Shown here one piece after another: positions 51,046 to 64,000 of a stretch of DNA of 64,000 bases (position 1 is its first letter; every line of letters begins with the position of its first letter). Made by a program: the position numbers and the translations under genes. The notes under the pieces were generated by a model, which made no database searches, was not told the origin of the DNA, and saw only the letters and a list, made by a program, of their open reading frames with translations. Source of the stretch: Smutsia gigantea. Its lineage: Eukaryota. The stretch covers positions 300,551 through 364,550 of the forward strand of contig JAVSCE010011590.1 in assembly GCA_032199065.1 (NCBI GenBank). Direction: 5' to 3'.

Positions 51046-54000
51046 AGTGGGGAGAGTGGGTATCCTTGTCTTGTTCCCGATCTTAAAGAAAAAGCTTTCA
51101 GCTTCTCGCTGTTAAGTATAATGTTGGCTGTGGGTTTGTCATATATGACCTTTATTATGTTGAGGTACTTGCCCTCTATACCCAATTTGTTGAGAGTTTT
51201 TATCATGAATGGATGTTGAATTTTGTCAAATGCTTTTTCAGCATCTATAAAGATGATCATGTGGTTTTTGTCCTTCTTTTTATTGATGTGGTGGATGATG
51301 TTGATGGATTTTCGAATGTTGTACCATCCTTGCATCCCTGGGATGAATCCCACTTGATCATGATGGATGATGTTTTTGATGTATTTTTGAATTCGGTTTG
51401 CTAATATTTTGTTGAGTATTTTTGCATCTATGTTCATCAGGGATATTGGTCTGTAATTTTTTTTTGTGGTGTCTTTGCCTGGTTTTGGTATTAGAGTGAT
51501 GTTGGCCTCATAGAATGAGTTTGGAAGTATTCCCTTCTCTTCTACTTTTTGGAAAACTTTAGTGAGGATGAGTATTAGGTCTTCACTAAATGTTTGATAA
51601 AATTCAGCAGTGAAACCATCTGGTACAGGAGTTTTGTTCTTAGGTAGTTTTCTGATTACAAATTCAATTTTGCTGGTAATTGGTCTGTTCAGATTTTCTG
51701 TTTCTTCCTGTATCAGCCTTGGAAGGTTGTATTTTTCTAGAAAGTTGTCCATTTCTTCTAGGTTATCCAGTTTGTTAGCATATAATTTTTCAAAGTATTC
51801 TTTCATAATTCTTTGTATTTCTGTGGTGTCCGTAATGATTTTTCCTTTCTCATTTCTGATTCCATTTATGCATGTAGACTTTTTTTCATGATAAGTCTGG
51901 CTAGGGGTTTATTTTGTTTATTTTCTCGAAGAACCAGCTCTTGTTTTCGTTGATTCTTTCTATTGTTTTATTCTTCTCAATTTTATTTATTTCTTCTATA
52001 ATCTTTATTATGTCCCTCCTTCTATTGACTTTGGGCCTCATTTGTTCTTCCTTTTCTAGTTTCATTAATTGTGAGTTTAGACTGTTCATTTGGGATTGTT
52101 CTTCTTTCCTGGGGTAGGCCTGTATTGCAATATATATCCCTCTTAGCCCAGCTTTTGCTACATTCCACAGATTTTGTGGTGGTGTGTTATTGTTGTCATT
52201 TGTCTCCATATATTGCTTGATCTCTGTTTTTATTTGGTCATTGATCCATTGATTATTTAGGAGCATATTATCAAGCCTCCATGTGTTTGTGGGCTTTTTC
52301 GTTTCCTTTGTGTAATTTATTTCTAGTTTTATATCTTTGTGATCTGAGAGGCTGGTTGGTACAATTTCAATCTTTTTGAATTTACTAAGGCTCTTTTTGT
52401 GGCCTAATATATGATCTATTCTTGAAAATGTTCCATGTGCACTTGAGAAGAATGTGTGTCCTGTTACTTTTGGTTGGCGTGTTCTGTAGATGTCCGTTAG
52501 ATCCATCTGTTCTAATACATTGGTGAGTGCCTCTGTCTATTTATTTTCTGTCCGGTTGACCTGTCCTTTGGAGTGAGTGGTGTGTTGAGGTCTCCTAAAA
52601 TGAATGCACTGCATTCTATTTCCCCCTTTAATTTTGTTAGTATTTGTTTCACATACGTAGGAGCTCCTGTGTTTGGCGCATAGATGTTTATAATAGTTAT
52701 ATCCTCTTGTTGGACTGACCCCTTTATCATTATGTAATGTCCTTCTTTATCTCTTGCTACTTTCTTTGTTTTGAAGTCCATTTTGTCTGATACAAGTACT
52801 GCAACTCCTACATTTTTCTCCCTATTAGTTGCATGAAATGTCTTTTTCCATCCCTTTACTTTCAGTCTGTGTATGTCTTTGGGTTTGAAGTGAGTCTCTT
52901 ATAGGCAGCATATAGATGGGTCTTGTTTTTTTATCCATTCAGTGATTCTATGTCTTTTGACTGGTGCATTCAGTCCATTTACATTTAGGGTGATTATCGA
53001 TAGGTATGTACTTATTGCCATTGCAGGCTTTAGATTTGTGGCTACCAAAGGTTCAAGGGCAATTCCCTTACTAATCTAATAGTCTAATTTAACTTATTTT
53101 GTATACTATTACAAACTTAATCTAAAGGTTCTTTTTTTTTCCCCTCCTTTTTCTTCCTCCTCCAACCTTTGTATGTTATGAATCATATTCTGTACTCTTT
53201 GTCTTCCCTTGAATGACATCTGTTTAGCCTTAGGAATACATCCATCTATAGGAGTCCCTCCAAAATGCCCTGTAGAGGTGGTTTGTGGGAGGTAAATTCT
53301 CTCAGCTTTTGCTTATCTGAAAATTGTTTAATCCCTCCTTCAAATTTAAATGTTAATCTTGCTGGATAAAGTAATCTTGGTTCAAGGCCCTTCTGCTTCA
53401 TTGCATTAAATACATCATGCCACTCCCTTCTGGCCTGTAAGGTTTCTGCTGAGAGGTCTGATGATAGCCTGATGGGCTTTCCTTTATATGTGATCTTATT
53501 TCTCTCTCTGGCTGCTTTTAATAGTCTGCCCTTATCCTTGATTTTTGCCATTTTAATTACTATATATCTTGGTGTTGTCGTCCTTGGGTCCCTTGTGTTG
53601 GGAGATCTGTGCACCTCCATGGCTTGAGAGACTATCTCCTTCCCCAGGTTGGGGAAGTTTTCAGCAATCACCTCCTCAAAGACACTTTCTAACCCTTTTT
53701 CTCTCGCTTCTTCTGGTACCCCTATAATGCGAATATTGTTCCGTTTGGATTGGTCACACAGTTCTCTCAATATTCTTTCATTCTTACAGATCCTTTTTTC
53801 TTTCTGTGCTCAGCTTCTTTGTATTCCTCTTCTCTAATTTCTATTCCATTTACCGTCTCTTCTACTACATCTAATCTGCTTTTAAATCCCTCCACTGTAT
53901 GTTATATTTCAGATACGGTATTTCTTAATGATTGAATCTCCATCTTAAATTCCTTCCTGAGGTCTTGAATATTTTTCTGTACCTCCATAAGCATGTTTAT

Positions 54001-55000
54001 AATTTTTATTTTGAACTCTCTTCCAGGAAGATTTGTGAGTTCTGTTTCATTTGACCCTTTTTCTGGGGTTTGTGAGATTTTGTTCTGGACCATGTTCTTT
54101 TGATGTTGCATATTTGTGTGTGGTGCCCACTAGTGTGAAGAAACTCCAGTCTCTGGAGCTGCTCAGCCCCTAGAGTGAGGTTGGGGGACGTAGGGGAGCG
54201 GAGCTGGTGCCTGGGAGGAGGAATGATCTGTTTCCTGATTCCCGTCTGCAGTGCCTGTCTCCGGTGTCAGAGTCCGTGGGCCACACACACACATGTAAAC
54301 CTCTGTGCTTTGGGTTTCTAGCTGTTTTAGGCGGGGCCTCACTTTCCCTGGCCTGACCCCTGCACAGTGACTGCGGGTTTGTGAGCAGGTGCCTGCAGGT
54401 CAGTAGGAAGGCTAGACAGTCTGTGTGTCCCTCTGTCACCTCTACTCTATTACAGCCTTGGAGCTGAGTAGGCCATCAGGGGGATGGAGCACCTGAAGCT
54501 CCTCAAAGTTCCCAGCCAGCTGGGCACAGCGTGCCCAGGCAACCTTGTCCAGCTCTCCCTTCTCCCACACAGCAAGCTTCTTGCAAACCCCGCCCCTTCA
54601 GCAGCCCTCTCACTGCCTGGAAGCCTCTCAGACCGCCCACCCTTCCTCTGACACAGAGTGGCCAGGTGTGGGTCCCGTCCCCCTCAAATGGCCGGAATGT
54701 CAATTTCTCAAGTACTCCATCTGTTGGAGCTCCCCAACGTCCAGAGCTCTGCACACTATAAGATTCTGCTCACAAAGCAGATGTCCAGGGCTAGGTGTCC
54801 AGCAGTCCCAGGCTTTCACCCACTCCCGTGCTCCGTTTCTCCCCCTCCTGCTGGTGAGCTGGGGTGTGGGAAGGGCTTGGGTCCCGCCAGATTAAGGCTT
54901 TCGTACGTTACCCTGTTTCTGGAGGTCTGCTCTGTTCGTGAGGTCTGTATGCAGTCTGGTTCAGCCTTCTTTCTTGTTGCTGTTTGAAGGTTAGTTGTAT
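51046..55000 (-). mobile_element. LINE-1 (L1#2), antisense in PNP intron 2: long 5' UTR, ORF1, ORF2 N-terminal half; 3'-truncated inside the RT domain; 5' boundary approximate
   Basis: The minus-strand ORFs at 53246-53770 and 53902-54111 are ORF1. Those at 52512-52781, 51901-52506 and 50976-51806 are ORF2 (EN, then RT up to …[14 protein letters not shown]). At ~51046 the homology stops abruptly and non-L1 sequence follows. The 5' UTR at 54112 to ~54990 is homologous to the L1#1 5' UTR. Confidence 0.8.
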
Positions 55001-56080
55001 TTATTAACTATATTTTTATACTGTTTGTGGTTTTGGGAGGAGCTTTCTGTCGCACCTTTCACGCCGCCATCTTGAATACTTTTAAAAGACTTTTAAAAGA
55101 TATTTTTCAAACCCTTTGGAGCAAGACTGGGAGACCAGAGTAGGGAGATGGGAATGGGGGTTGCAGAAGAAATACGAAAAAGAGGGAAAGCAAAGTTTAA
55201 TGGGAGATAGTGGAGATACTGGCTCCACCTGCCACTCCTGCCCCCAGTGAGAAGGGCACTGCTCTAAGTGATAAGTGGATTAATTTTTAAACTTTATCAA
55301 CCTGTTTTTTTATACTCCACTTGGGTTTTCCTGTCACCTGTCTCTGTCCCTCTGTCACCTCTGCTCTATTACTGCCTATTTTTCTCTTTAAGCTCCTGTG
55401 TTTCTGAGCTTTGGTTCCTCTCCCAGACCACCCATCCATAAGGGATAGGTTGGTCATGTCCTTTAAAGGAGAAGTGCCATATAATGGAAATGGTAATGGT
55501 AATTATGTTTGTGGGGAGTTACCTGCACTCCCGTGCCCTTGCATGCTCCTTTGTGGGCGTGTATTCCACAGGGCTGTTGGGTGAGTCATAATGGAGGAGA
55601 CTTGTATGTCCAAACTTTGTTCCTCTCCCCTTGTTTAGCCTCTTGAGAAGCTAGAATACACTATAAGCTCCCTTTTAGGAGTTAGGAGGCATACAGTTTA
55701 GTTAGGGTAATGAGTACACATTTTGAGAATTATGAAAATTTTGGAAAAGACATCTATAATTACTATATTCACTGCATTCATTATTACCCACTCACTGCAT
55801 TTTTTGCTCACTCTGATTCTTCTGCCAGTGTGCTTTCTCATTCTTTTGGAATTTATTCCTTCAAAAAGTCTGCCCTTCTTTCCTTTGATATATATTCTCA
55901 TTGAGCATTCTAGCTCTAATCTCAGGTGTACTTTTATGCTTGTTTTTAAGTTTATAATTTCTGTCTCTCCCAGACTTAAACTTTCTAAACATGAAGATGA
56001 TAATGTCTTCTTTTGCTTAATGATACCCATGCATGTTGAGCACAATGATATGAGGTGCTCCGTGGATATGTATTGTATGA

Positions 56081-56650
<570 letters not shown>

Positions 56651-56705
56651 TAGGCCAGAGCTTACTGTAGTACATTAATCTGAGATAATCCAACCTGTGT
56701 CCTAG

Positions 56706-56896
56706 GTTTGGAGTCCGTTTCCCTGCCATGTCTGATGCCTATGACTTGGATATGAGACAGAAGGCTCACAGTATCTGGAAACAAATGGGGGAGCAGAGAG
56801 AGCTACAGGAAGGCACCTATGTGATGTTGGCAGGCCCCAACTTTGAGACTGTGGCAGAGTGTCGCCTGCTGCATATGCTGGGTGCAGATGCTGTTG
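56706..56896 (+). CDS. PNP: PNP coding exon 5 ([64 protein letters not shown])
   Basis: Acceptor gtcctag and donor gtgaga are present. The exon is 191 nt and in phase. Confidence 0.9.
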
Positions 56897-57416
56897 GTGA
56901 GAAGGGGAACATGGCTGGAGGCTGGAAGAGGGAGGGGTCTGGTGAAATAGGGAGAGAAAGGAGTAAGAAATTATAGACCTAGATGGAAAATGGAGAGAAG
57001 GAAGTGAGGTTTGGTGTGTGTAGCATCAAACCTCCCCACCCAGCAGCAAGGACTTTACCAGCTGTAATGCTAATGACTTATCCATGATTTGATGACTTTC
57101 TCAGGATTATTCTAATAAATACCATTATAGCCACCTTCTGTACTGGTGGCTGGAAGATGGAACTGACTTCAAAATGACCACGTACAGATACATAAATAAA
57201 GCATTGCTATGGTAATATGTATAAGAAATGAGCAAGGCCCTCTGAGGCCTCACTCTTTTCAGCAATACAGAACCACATAAGCTCAACACTAATTCAATTG
57301 CTTCTTTGGATGTGTTTTTAAGATGTTGAATTGTCAGTGAGGTGATGAATGGAGATGAAGCTAATGGGTAAGGAAAAATGTGAGGCTCCTGACATCTGGT
57401 CCCCTCTTTTCGTCAG

Positions 57417-57631
57417 GCATGAGCACAGTACCAGAAGTTATAGTTGCAAGACACTGTGGACTTCGAGTCTTTGGCTTCTCCCTCATCACTAACATGGTCA
57501 TCATGGATTATGAAAGCCAGGAGAAGGCCAATCACGAGGAAGTGCTTGAGTCTGGGAGAGTAGCTGCAAAGAAATTGGAGAACTTTGTCTCCATTCTTAT
57601 GGGTAACATTTCACTGCCTGACAAGAGTTAA
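57417..57631 (+). CDS. PNP: PNP last coding exon ([71 protein letters not shown]); total CDS ~288 codons
   Basis: Acceptor ttcgtcag is present. The translation matches the human PNP C-terminus, with the stop codon ending at 57631. Confidence 0.9.
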
Positions 57632-57964
57632 CCCGTCCAGCTTCTTCCTCAGGATCCAAGTGCTAGTGCTGCTTCGGCCCCTTGCTGGGGTCTTGTGCTT
57701 CTACCCTTACACAGTAGCAGGAAGGAGAGGAAGGTCCCTATCCTTCACCTTCCCCACTTCTCCCACCATTTACCCCTCTGTGCTTCCCCAAGAGCCGGAT
57801 CGCAAGCCCTACCACACACCCATGTCTGTCCGGAATTTTTTTTTTTTAATGTCCGGAATTTGATGACACTTCTACATTCCTGGGGGCTCAGTTCTGCCTC
57901 CCCCAAAGCACCAGAGACCACTCAAGAACGACTCTGATACCTTTGTGCTACTATCATATTTGAG

Positions 57965-57970
57965 ATTAAA
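57965..57970 (+). terminator. PNP: Candidate PNP poly(A) signal (ATTAAA variant)
   Basis: This is the first poly(A)-signal-like hexamer downstream of the stop codon (~335 nt away), sitting at the edge of an old L1 fragment. It is weakly supported. Confidence 0.25.
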
Positions 57971-57989
57971 CAAAAACAGCTTTATTGAG

Positions 57990-58375
57990 GTATAATTCAC
58001 ATACAATAAAATTAATCCATTTCATGTGTGTAATGCAATGGTTTTTACTATATTCACAGACAAGTACAATCACCACAGTCAATTTCAGAACATTGCCATG
58101 AACTCAAAAGGAAACCTTGTACTTTTAGCTACAATTCTGCCCCAACCCCTACTCCCTAGCCCCAGCCACTAGTCTAACTTCTGCTCTACAGATTGAACTA
58201 TTTTGGACATTCATATGAATGGAATCATGTGGGTTTTTGTGACTGGCTTCTTTCACATAGTATAATGTTCTCAAGTTTCATCCAAGTTGTAGTAAGGATC
58301 AGTACTGTGTTCCTTTTCAAACTCAGTAGTATTCCACTGTACAGATACACCACATTTTGTTTATCAAGTGTCTTC
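57990..58375 (+). mobile_element. Ancient L1 (L1M/L1P-type) 3'-end fragment shared across mammals
   Basis: cacatacaataaaattaatcc…ggacattcatatgaatggaatcat…tggcttctttcacatagtataatgttctcaagtttcatccaagttgtagtaaggatcagtactgtgttcctttt…agtattccactgtacagatacaccacattttgtttatc matches the well-known old L1 3' region. The minus-strand 122-aa ORF at 58225-58593 ends in an L1 ORF2-tail-like peptide (TTWMKLENIILCERSQSQK) and is a repeat artefact. Confidence 0.6.
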
Positions 58376-58839
58376 CATGTCAACGTGCCAACCAACCCAG
58401 CCCAAACTGAATGTATCGGTTTAGGTGAGGAAGACAATGAAAGCAAAAAATCAAAGCAGAGACGTCTGGGAAAACCACCTAGAGAAGGGCGGTTGTGCCT
58501 GAAAACAACTGGTGATAAGACTATCCCTCTCCAGAGGGGCCTGCAGAATGGACTGATTTTCCCAAGTCCCACGATAGGTGTCAAAACGAACACACTTTGT
58601 CAAGTCAGGCTTTCTTCCATGACCCTGTCATGATCATCTTTATCAACATCAATGATGTTGTTAATCACATACTTTGCATAGAACATTGTCCTAAACACTA
58701 CTATAAACTGGCAAATGTATATTAGACAAAGTGCTTACAATCTAGATGGGAAACAGGATATATGCATAAGAAAAGAAAAATGAGGCAGAATTAGTTGTGC
58801 TTTCTGTAAGTTCAGGGAAAGGAAATCCCAGTGCAAAAA

Positions 58840-59120
58840 TACCTCTAAAAACCAAAATCAGTCAAAGGGAGAAATAAAGTTTAAAACCCGTTTTTTGCTT
58901 ACAAACTGCAGTTCAGGGCTGTCTCTCCTCTGCTTCAGAAGAAGTAAGCAAGCAAGCAAGCCCCTCCCTTTAAACTCACAGGTTCAGACACACCCTTGGT
59001 TGCCCAGGTAATTACCCATTGATATGGAGATGAACTCCACCCCCCCAAGGATATGCAAATGCACTAAAGCCAGGCCAGATATTCTGGAAATGTTACAATT
59101 TTACCCACACTTTCTATGCC
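58840..59120 (+). repeat. Interspersed repeat, family D copy 2
   Basis: Homologous to 33340-33620. Confidence 0.45.
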
Positions 59121-59491
59121 TATTTTTAGTTTTTACATGTCATTGTCTAGAAAAGTTGTTTTGAAAAGGAATACAGTAATTTGTGAAAAGTAGCCTATGA
59201 TAAGGGTCAATGGTAGTATGTGCTACAGGGGTTCAGAGAACAGAATGGACACAGGATGGGGAGTGGGAAAAGGATCGGTAAGATGTGGGCTAGGCCCTAC
59301 AGAAGACATAGGTGAAGGGGATGTGGCAGGAGGTGAGACAGGGACCATGGGCTTAGACAGAGTAGGGTGAGGGCCTCCAGAAAAAGCAAGGCAGGATATT
59401 TACAGTCAGAGCAATGTAACTACATGCAAGGAAACCCCCTACCAAAACTCTGTGTTAAACATTAAGCTCTAAAGTCATTCTTCAGTGAGAT

Positions 59492-59830
59492 CAGTTGATA
59501 CTCCCCAGATAAAGGAAAGTAGCCCATGTTTTTATTATGCTAATTGTAATCATGTGTAAGATTCACTTTAGCATGCTAAAAGGGATTTAATATCTCATCA
59601 AGGACAAACATCCTAAGGCCACTTTTAACAAGTCCACACCCTAAGCCCTTTATCAGTTCCCAAAAGTCATCAACTGCCTATAAATCCCCTAGACAACACA
59701 CCACCCTGGGCTCTCTTGTCCCCTTTTGGGGCCCTTTCCTCTCACTGTATGTCTGAATAAAAGCCTCTGTCCTGGCTTTCCTACCTTGATTGTTTGCTAA
59801 GTTCATTCTTCGACTCCTCAAACAAGAACC
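59492..59830 (+). mobile_element. Solo LTR, family C (TATA-like ctataaatcccc, poly(A) signal gaataaaagcc)
   Basis: Collinear with the LTR at 30362-31545 minus that copy's nested insertion. The termini begin tg… and end …acaagaaccc. Confidence 0.5.
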
Positions 59831-61599
59831 CCAGCATCAGAAGCACCACATGCAGGCAAATTCAGGAATGTTTAATCATTATGCAGATTGAAATGGCTAA
59901 ATAGAAGAAATCATGAATTGGAGCAGAGGAAGATATGTCTCAGAGGGGCTAGATTGTTTAAGGCTGTGATTCCAGGCTAAGAAGGGCCTATTCGCTAGGC
60001 AAGACGGCCAGCCAGAGAAGGCTTTTTATCTAAGGACTGATGGGTAAAAATCATATTGTAGTGTTTTGATGGATTAAAGCCTAACTAGAATCAGGGAGGC
60101 TTGTTTTGATGATAGAAAACTTCCACTCACAGCTGTTTAGAAGAGTATAATTAATTGGTGGTATTAAATACTTTTTTTTTTAACAGGTTGAGGTCTTTTG
60201 AGGTGTTTTAAAAGAATATGCTGCTACAAAATAAACTAAAGGCAAAAGTGCAAGCAATTGAGAAACATGCACTTAAGTCAAATTAATACTTTTCTTTTTT
60301 AAGATCAAAATTTGAAATAGGTGATACAATAACATGGTTAAAAAATTAAGCAACATGAAATGCATACCGTTAAAAGTGTTGCCTACATCCTGTCTTCCAT
60401 CTGTCCTTTGCCACCCCACTGGTAACTATAGTTTCTCGTTCATTCTTTGAGAATTTATAAAAATAGAAACAATACAAATGCATACTCTCTTTTTCCCTCT
60501 TACTATTATACACATTAAGTTAGCATGTCATATTTGCTCTTTTATCGTAATATATCTGTTTTTGCTGTTTTGCATCTTGCTGTTTTATTTTATCTTAATA
60601 TATCTTGGAAATCTTTTCACATCAGTAAATTGGCATGCTTTCTTGATGAGTTAGGTCAGTGCTGTCAAGGATGCATGTCTGTTACCTCAAATTTTTTCAA
60701 GCAAAGGAAGACAATGGTCGTAAATTTTTTTTCCAGCTGTTTTCTAGTCCTTTTGTTGATTCCTAAGAGGATTAGAGACAAAGAGATAGTGCCAACTGCT
60801 GTCCTCGAAAACATGAAGGCGGGGAGAACAGAACTGTTCGTTCCTGTTGTCTGTTCTGTTCTTGGCTTAGAATTTGCATTGCTTTTTCCTTTGTGAATAT
60901 GTCTCTGGTTTTCATAATCACTTTTTGTTTTTAAAGGAAACTTTTGAACAAACACTGGCTATCTATCTATCTGCTTTTCCTGTCATTGTAAATTTGGATT
61001 TAAAAATAGACAGAAAATTGCCTGTCTTTAAACCTCTTGCCAGATTTCTAGTTTTGGCCTAAATTAGATTTGATAGGGTTTGGGGATTAATTTGTACTTT
61101 GTTTTTAGATCAGTGAACCCTGCCCCTCCATTTGTTTTTCACTTTCATTTCCACTTACAGTGTTCATTTTCGGGAAGCTTGTTTTATCTCACTTGCCAAT
61201 CTGTCCTGGCAAAGACAAAATAAAAACTCATCAAAGTTTGCCTAAGGTCAAGTCCAACTCTCAGCATTAATTCCCACTGCTTCCCCAAATAACAATATAC
61301 AGCTATCATCATCGTTAGTATCCCACTAACTCCCACTGACTGCCAGGGGATAATGTTGACATCTGGCATAGTGGTTTCTGATATGCTAGTTTTGGAATGG
61401 GAAGGTTTCCACTCGGGACATCCATGGCTAGGATGTTAGGGAGCCTGTGAATTCTCTGAAATGCAAATTGGTGTGTGTGTGTGTCTGAATTTTGGAGGTC
61501 AAGAGAAAGTGATTTCCTTGGATGCTTACTCTGCCAGTTTTCCCTCCTCCCTCACAAATGGATAGGAAACAGCAATGTTAATAAAGACAGCCTTACCCT

Positions 61600-63518
61600 C
61601 AGCAGGAGCCTGCAGCTCTGTGCCTGCACCCGACGGCCCTCCACTCCATGCTGCAGATGCCCACTGCCCTCCTGCATCCACCGTGGCCCTGCTGCCCTCT
61701 GGCCAGGTCTTGTGTGGAGTCGCTGCCGCCTTTCACCCAGGCCTCTCTGTAGCAGCTTCTGCCAGAGCCAGCTCCTGGCGGGCCCATGTGGAGATGGGGC
61801 CTCCAGACCCCATCCTCGGAGTCACAGAAGCTTTTAAGAGATACCAACAGAGAAAATCTGGGAGTTGGTGCCTACCAGGATGATAATGGAAAACTTTAGG
61901 TGCTCCCTAGTGTCTGGAAGGTGAAGCTCAGATTGCTGCAAAAAATTTGGACGAAGAATATCTGCCCATTGTGGGACTGGCTGAATTTTGTAAGGCATCT
62001 GCAGAGCTAGCCCTGAGTGAAAACATGTGTTGAAAAGTGGCTGGTATGTCACTGTGCAGACCATTTCTGGAACCGGGGCCCTGAGGATTGGAGACAATTT
62101 TTTGCAAAGATTTTTTAAAGTTCAGCTGAGATATCTTTCTGCCCAAACCATCCTGGGAAAATCATAACACCCATCTTCAGGAATGCTGGCATGCAACAAT
62201 ATGGTTTTGGATACTTTGACCCCAAGACATACAGCTTTGACCTCACAGTCGCTATGGAGGGCATTTCAAAAATGCCAGAGCAAAGAGTTCTTCTCCTGCA
62301 TGCCTGTGCCTACAATCCCAAAGGAATGGACCCTCATCCTGAGTAGTGGTAGGCAGTAGTGGTGAAGAAAAGCAATCTCTTTGCATTCTTGGACATGGCC
62401 TGTCAGGGCTTAGCCAGTGGTGATGGTAAAAGGGGTGCCTGGGCTGTGCACCACTTCACTGAACAGGGCATTAATGTGTGTCTCTGCCAGTCTTATGCCA
62501 AAAACATGGGCTTATATGGTGAGCTCATGGGAGCCCTCACTGTGGTCTGCAAAGATGCTGATGAGGCCAAAGGGGTGGAGTCACAGTTGAAGATCTTGAT
62601 ATGTCCCAGGTATTCCAACCCTCCTCTCAATGGGCCTAGATGGCTTCCACCATTTTGACCAGCCCTGATCTACAAGAACAGTGGTTGCAAGAAGTAAAAG
62701 CCATGCCCAACCGCATCATCAGCACGTGGACTCAGGAGGGCCCACAGCTGGAGGGCTGCTCCTGCTACTGGCGGCCCATCACTGACCAGATGGGTCGGTT
62801 TGTTCACAGGACTAAAGCCTGAACAGGTGGAGGCTCACCAAGGAGTTTCCCATCTACGTGACAAAGGAAGGCCACAGCTCTGTGGCAGGGCTCACCTCGG
62901 GCAGTGTGACCTTGTCCTTGCTGTTCACCAGGTCACCTAGCAAGTTCCCTGATGACGGAGTAGAGATGACCTTCCTATCTTCAGCCTCTGCTCTTGCGAG
63001 ATTCACACAGAGGAAGAGGAAGGGTGGATGGTGGTGAGTGGATCATTTCTTTCAACCCATAGTACTTAACACGCAGCGACTGGATGTATTTCTCAGGGAA
63101 GAACATGTGTTGACATAGGGCAGAGACCTCTGTGGCTGGTGGCTGGAACTTTGGGGCTATAAACCAACTCTCCCTTATTTTTTTATTCTCCAACTTTTCC
63201 AAAAGAGTTTATGTGTATAGGAAAGATACAGTCCCCCAAAACCTGTCAGTCATGCCATTGCAATATTACAGAAGCTTTAACTGAAGCACCTTATGGTGTT
63301 GGGGGTGCCCCCATCGATCCAGCAGGAAAAGAGCGCATTCTAGAGGCTTTGTGAGAAGATTCCGTTCTAACGGTGAGAGCATTGTGCTGGAGCAAGCTTC
63401 TCAGCAGACCTTATTACAGGAATCGTGTTCTGCGAAAACCAGCGAGTCTGCTGCCTCGGCAGTGAGGGAAATAAAAGATGCTGTTTCCTGTCATATTTAA
63501 GAAAAAAAGAAAGAAGGC
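61600..63518 (+). pseudogene. GOT2: Processed (retrotransposed) pseudogene of mitochondrial aspartate aminotransferase GOT2: intronless, start codon lost, frameshifts, poly(A) signal and A-rich tail
   Basis: The overlapping plus-strand ORF fragments are collinear with the whole GOT2 protein. The pieces are …[45 protein letters not shown]…, …[43 protein letters not shown]…, …[48 protein letters not shown]…[16 protein letters not shown]…, …[25 protein letters not shown]… and …AGLTSGSVTLSLLFTRSPSK-stop. The region is about 1.9 kb with no introns. The start codon is replaced by GTG at 61683. AATAAA lies at 63470-63475, followed by aagaaaaaaagaaagaagg at 63499-63517. Confidence 0.85.
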
Positions 63519-64000
63519 TCTCCTTTTTAGTACTTGCAGGCACTTTACCATTCCTCTCTTCTTCCCATTGCTCTTCTTTTCCTTAGGCACAAAGGTCTAT
63601 AACAACCTAGATTTCATCCTATTCTACTACCACTGGCCATCAGCCCCATCCTGTAGGGCCAATTTATTTGAACAATAAAGACTGTGACTCACGCTCCCCC
63701 TGTGCCCTTACCTTCCTCCAAAGAGTGGCTGGGAGTGGGGAGCTGCACTCATTTCAGCAGCCTCTTCAGGGCTGCTTGTCTCCTGTTGGGACGTTGCCTC
63801 TGCCCGGGCGGCCCTGTTGCGTTGTCCCGTGAGGTTGTGTGGTCATTCATCTCACGGCACGAGCTGGGTAATGCAGGTAGGACCAGGACCAGGATATTCT
63901 GGGCTTTGGTTTCAAATTTTTGTGTGGGGTTGCCCGCTGGGCTTAGACTTCACCCTTTGGAAGGATAAGCACCATCTGCAGAAATCACACAGTCTTAACT

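Noticed and set aside
58193-58633. 146-aa plus-strand and 122-aa minus-strand overlapping ORFs downstream of PNP
   Set aside because: They overlap an ancient L1 3'-end fragment and its flank. The minus-strand ORF ends in an L1 ORF2-tail-like peptide. Both are repeat-derived.

Overview
This is a placental-mammal genomic window, not human: the encoded proteins are about 90% identical to the human orthologs and the LINE-1 copies belong to a non-primate L1 family. It contains a conserved cluster of four housekeeping genes. OSGEP (minus strand; exon 1 and five downstream coding exons, with the rest of the gene lying off the 5' edge of the window) and APEX1 (plus strand; complete, 318 codons) are arranged head-to-head around a shared CpG-island promoter. 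APEX1 and PIP4P1/TMEM55B (minus strand; complete, seven coding exons, 277 codons) converge tail-to-tail. PNP (plus strand; complete, six coding exons) lies about 27 kb downstream. All exon boundaries were derived by translating the sequence and matching it to the known proteins, with canonical GT/AG splice sites checked by hand. The remainder of the window is densely populated by transposable elements. These include a near-full-length L1 in OSGEP intron 1, a 3'-truncated antisense L1 in PNP intron 2, and several short L1 3' fragments with perfect target-site duplications. There is a full-length class I endogenous retrovirus with two ~560-bp LTRs and a tRNA-His primer-binding site, a second internally deleted provirus retaining RT, IN and env, several solo-LTR-like repeats (one family with an internal ~24-bp VNTR, one copy nested inside another LTR), a Tigger2-like MITE and an MaLR-like LTR. 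A processed pseudogene of GOT2 sits near the 3' end. I found no evidence of any prokaryote-style or novel 'system'. The non-genic long ORFs in the track lie in CpG islands, L1/ERV remnants or LTR repeats.
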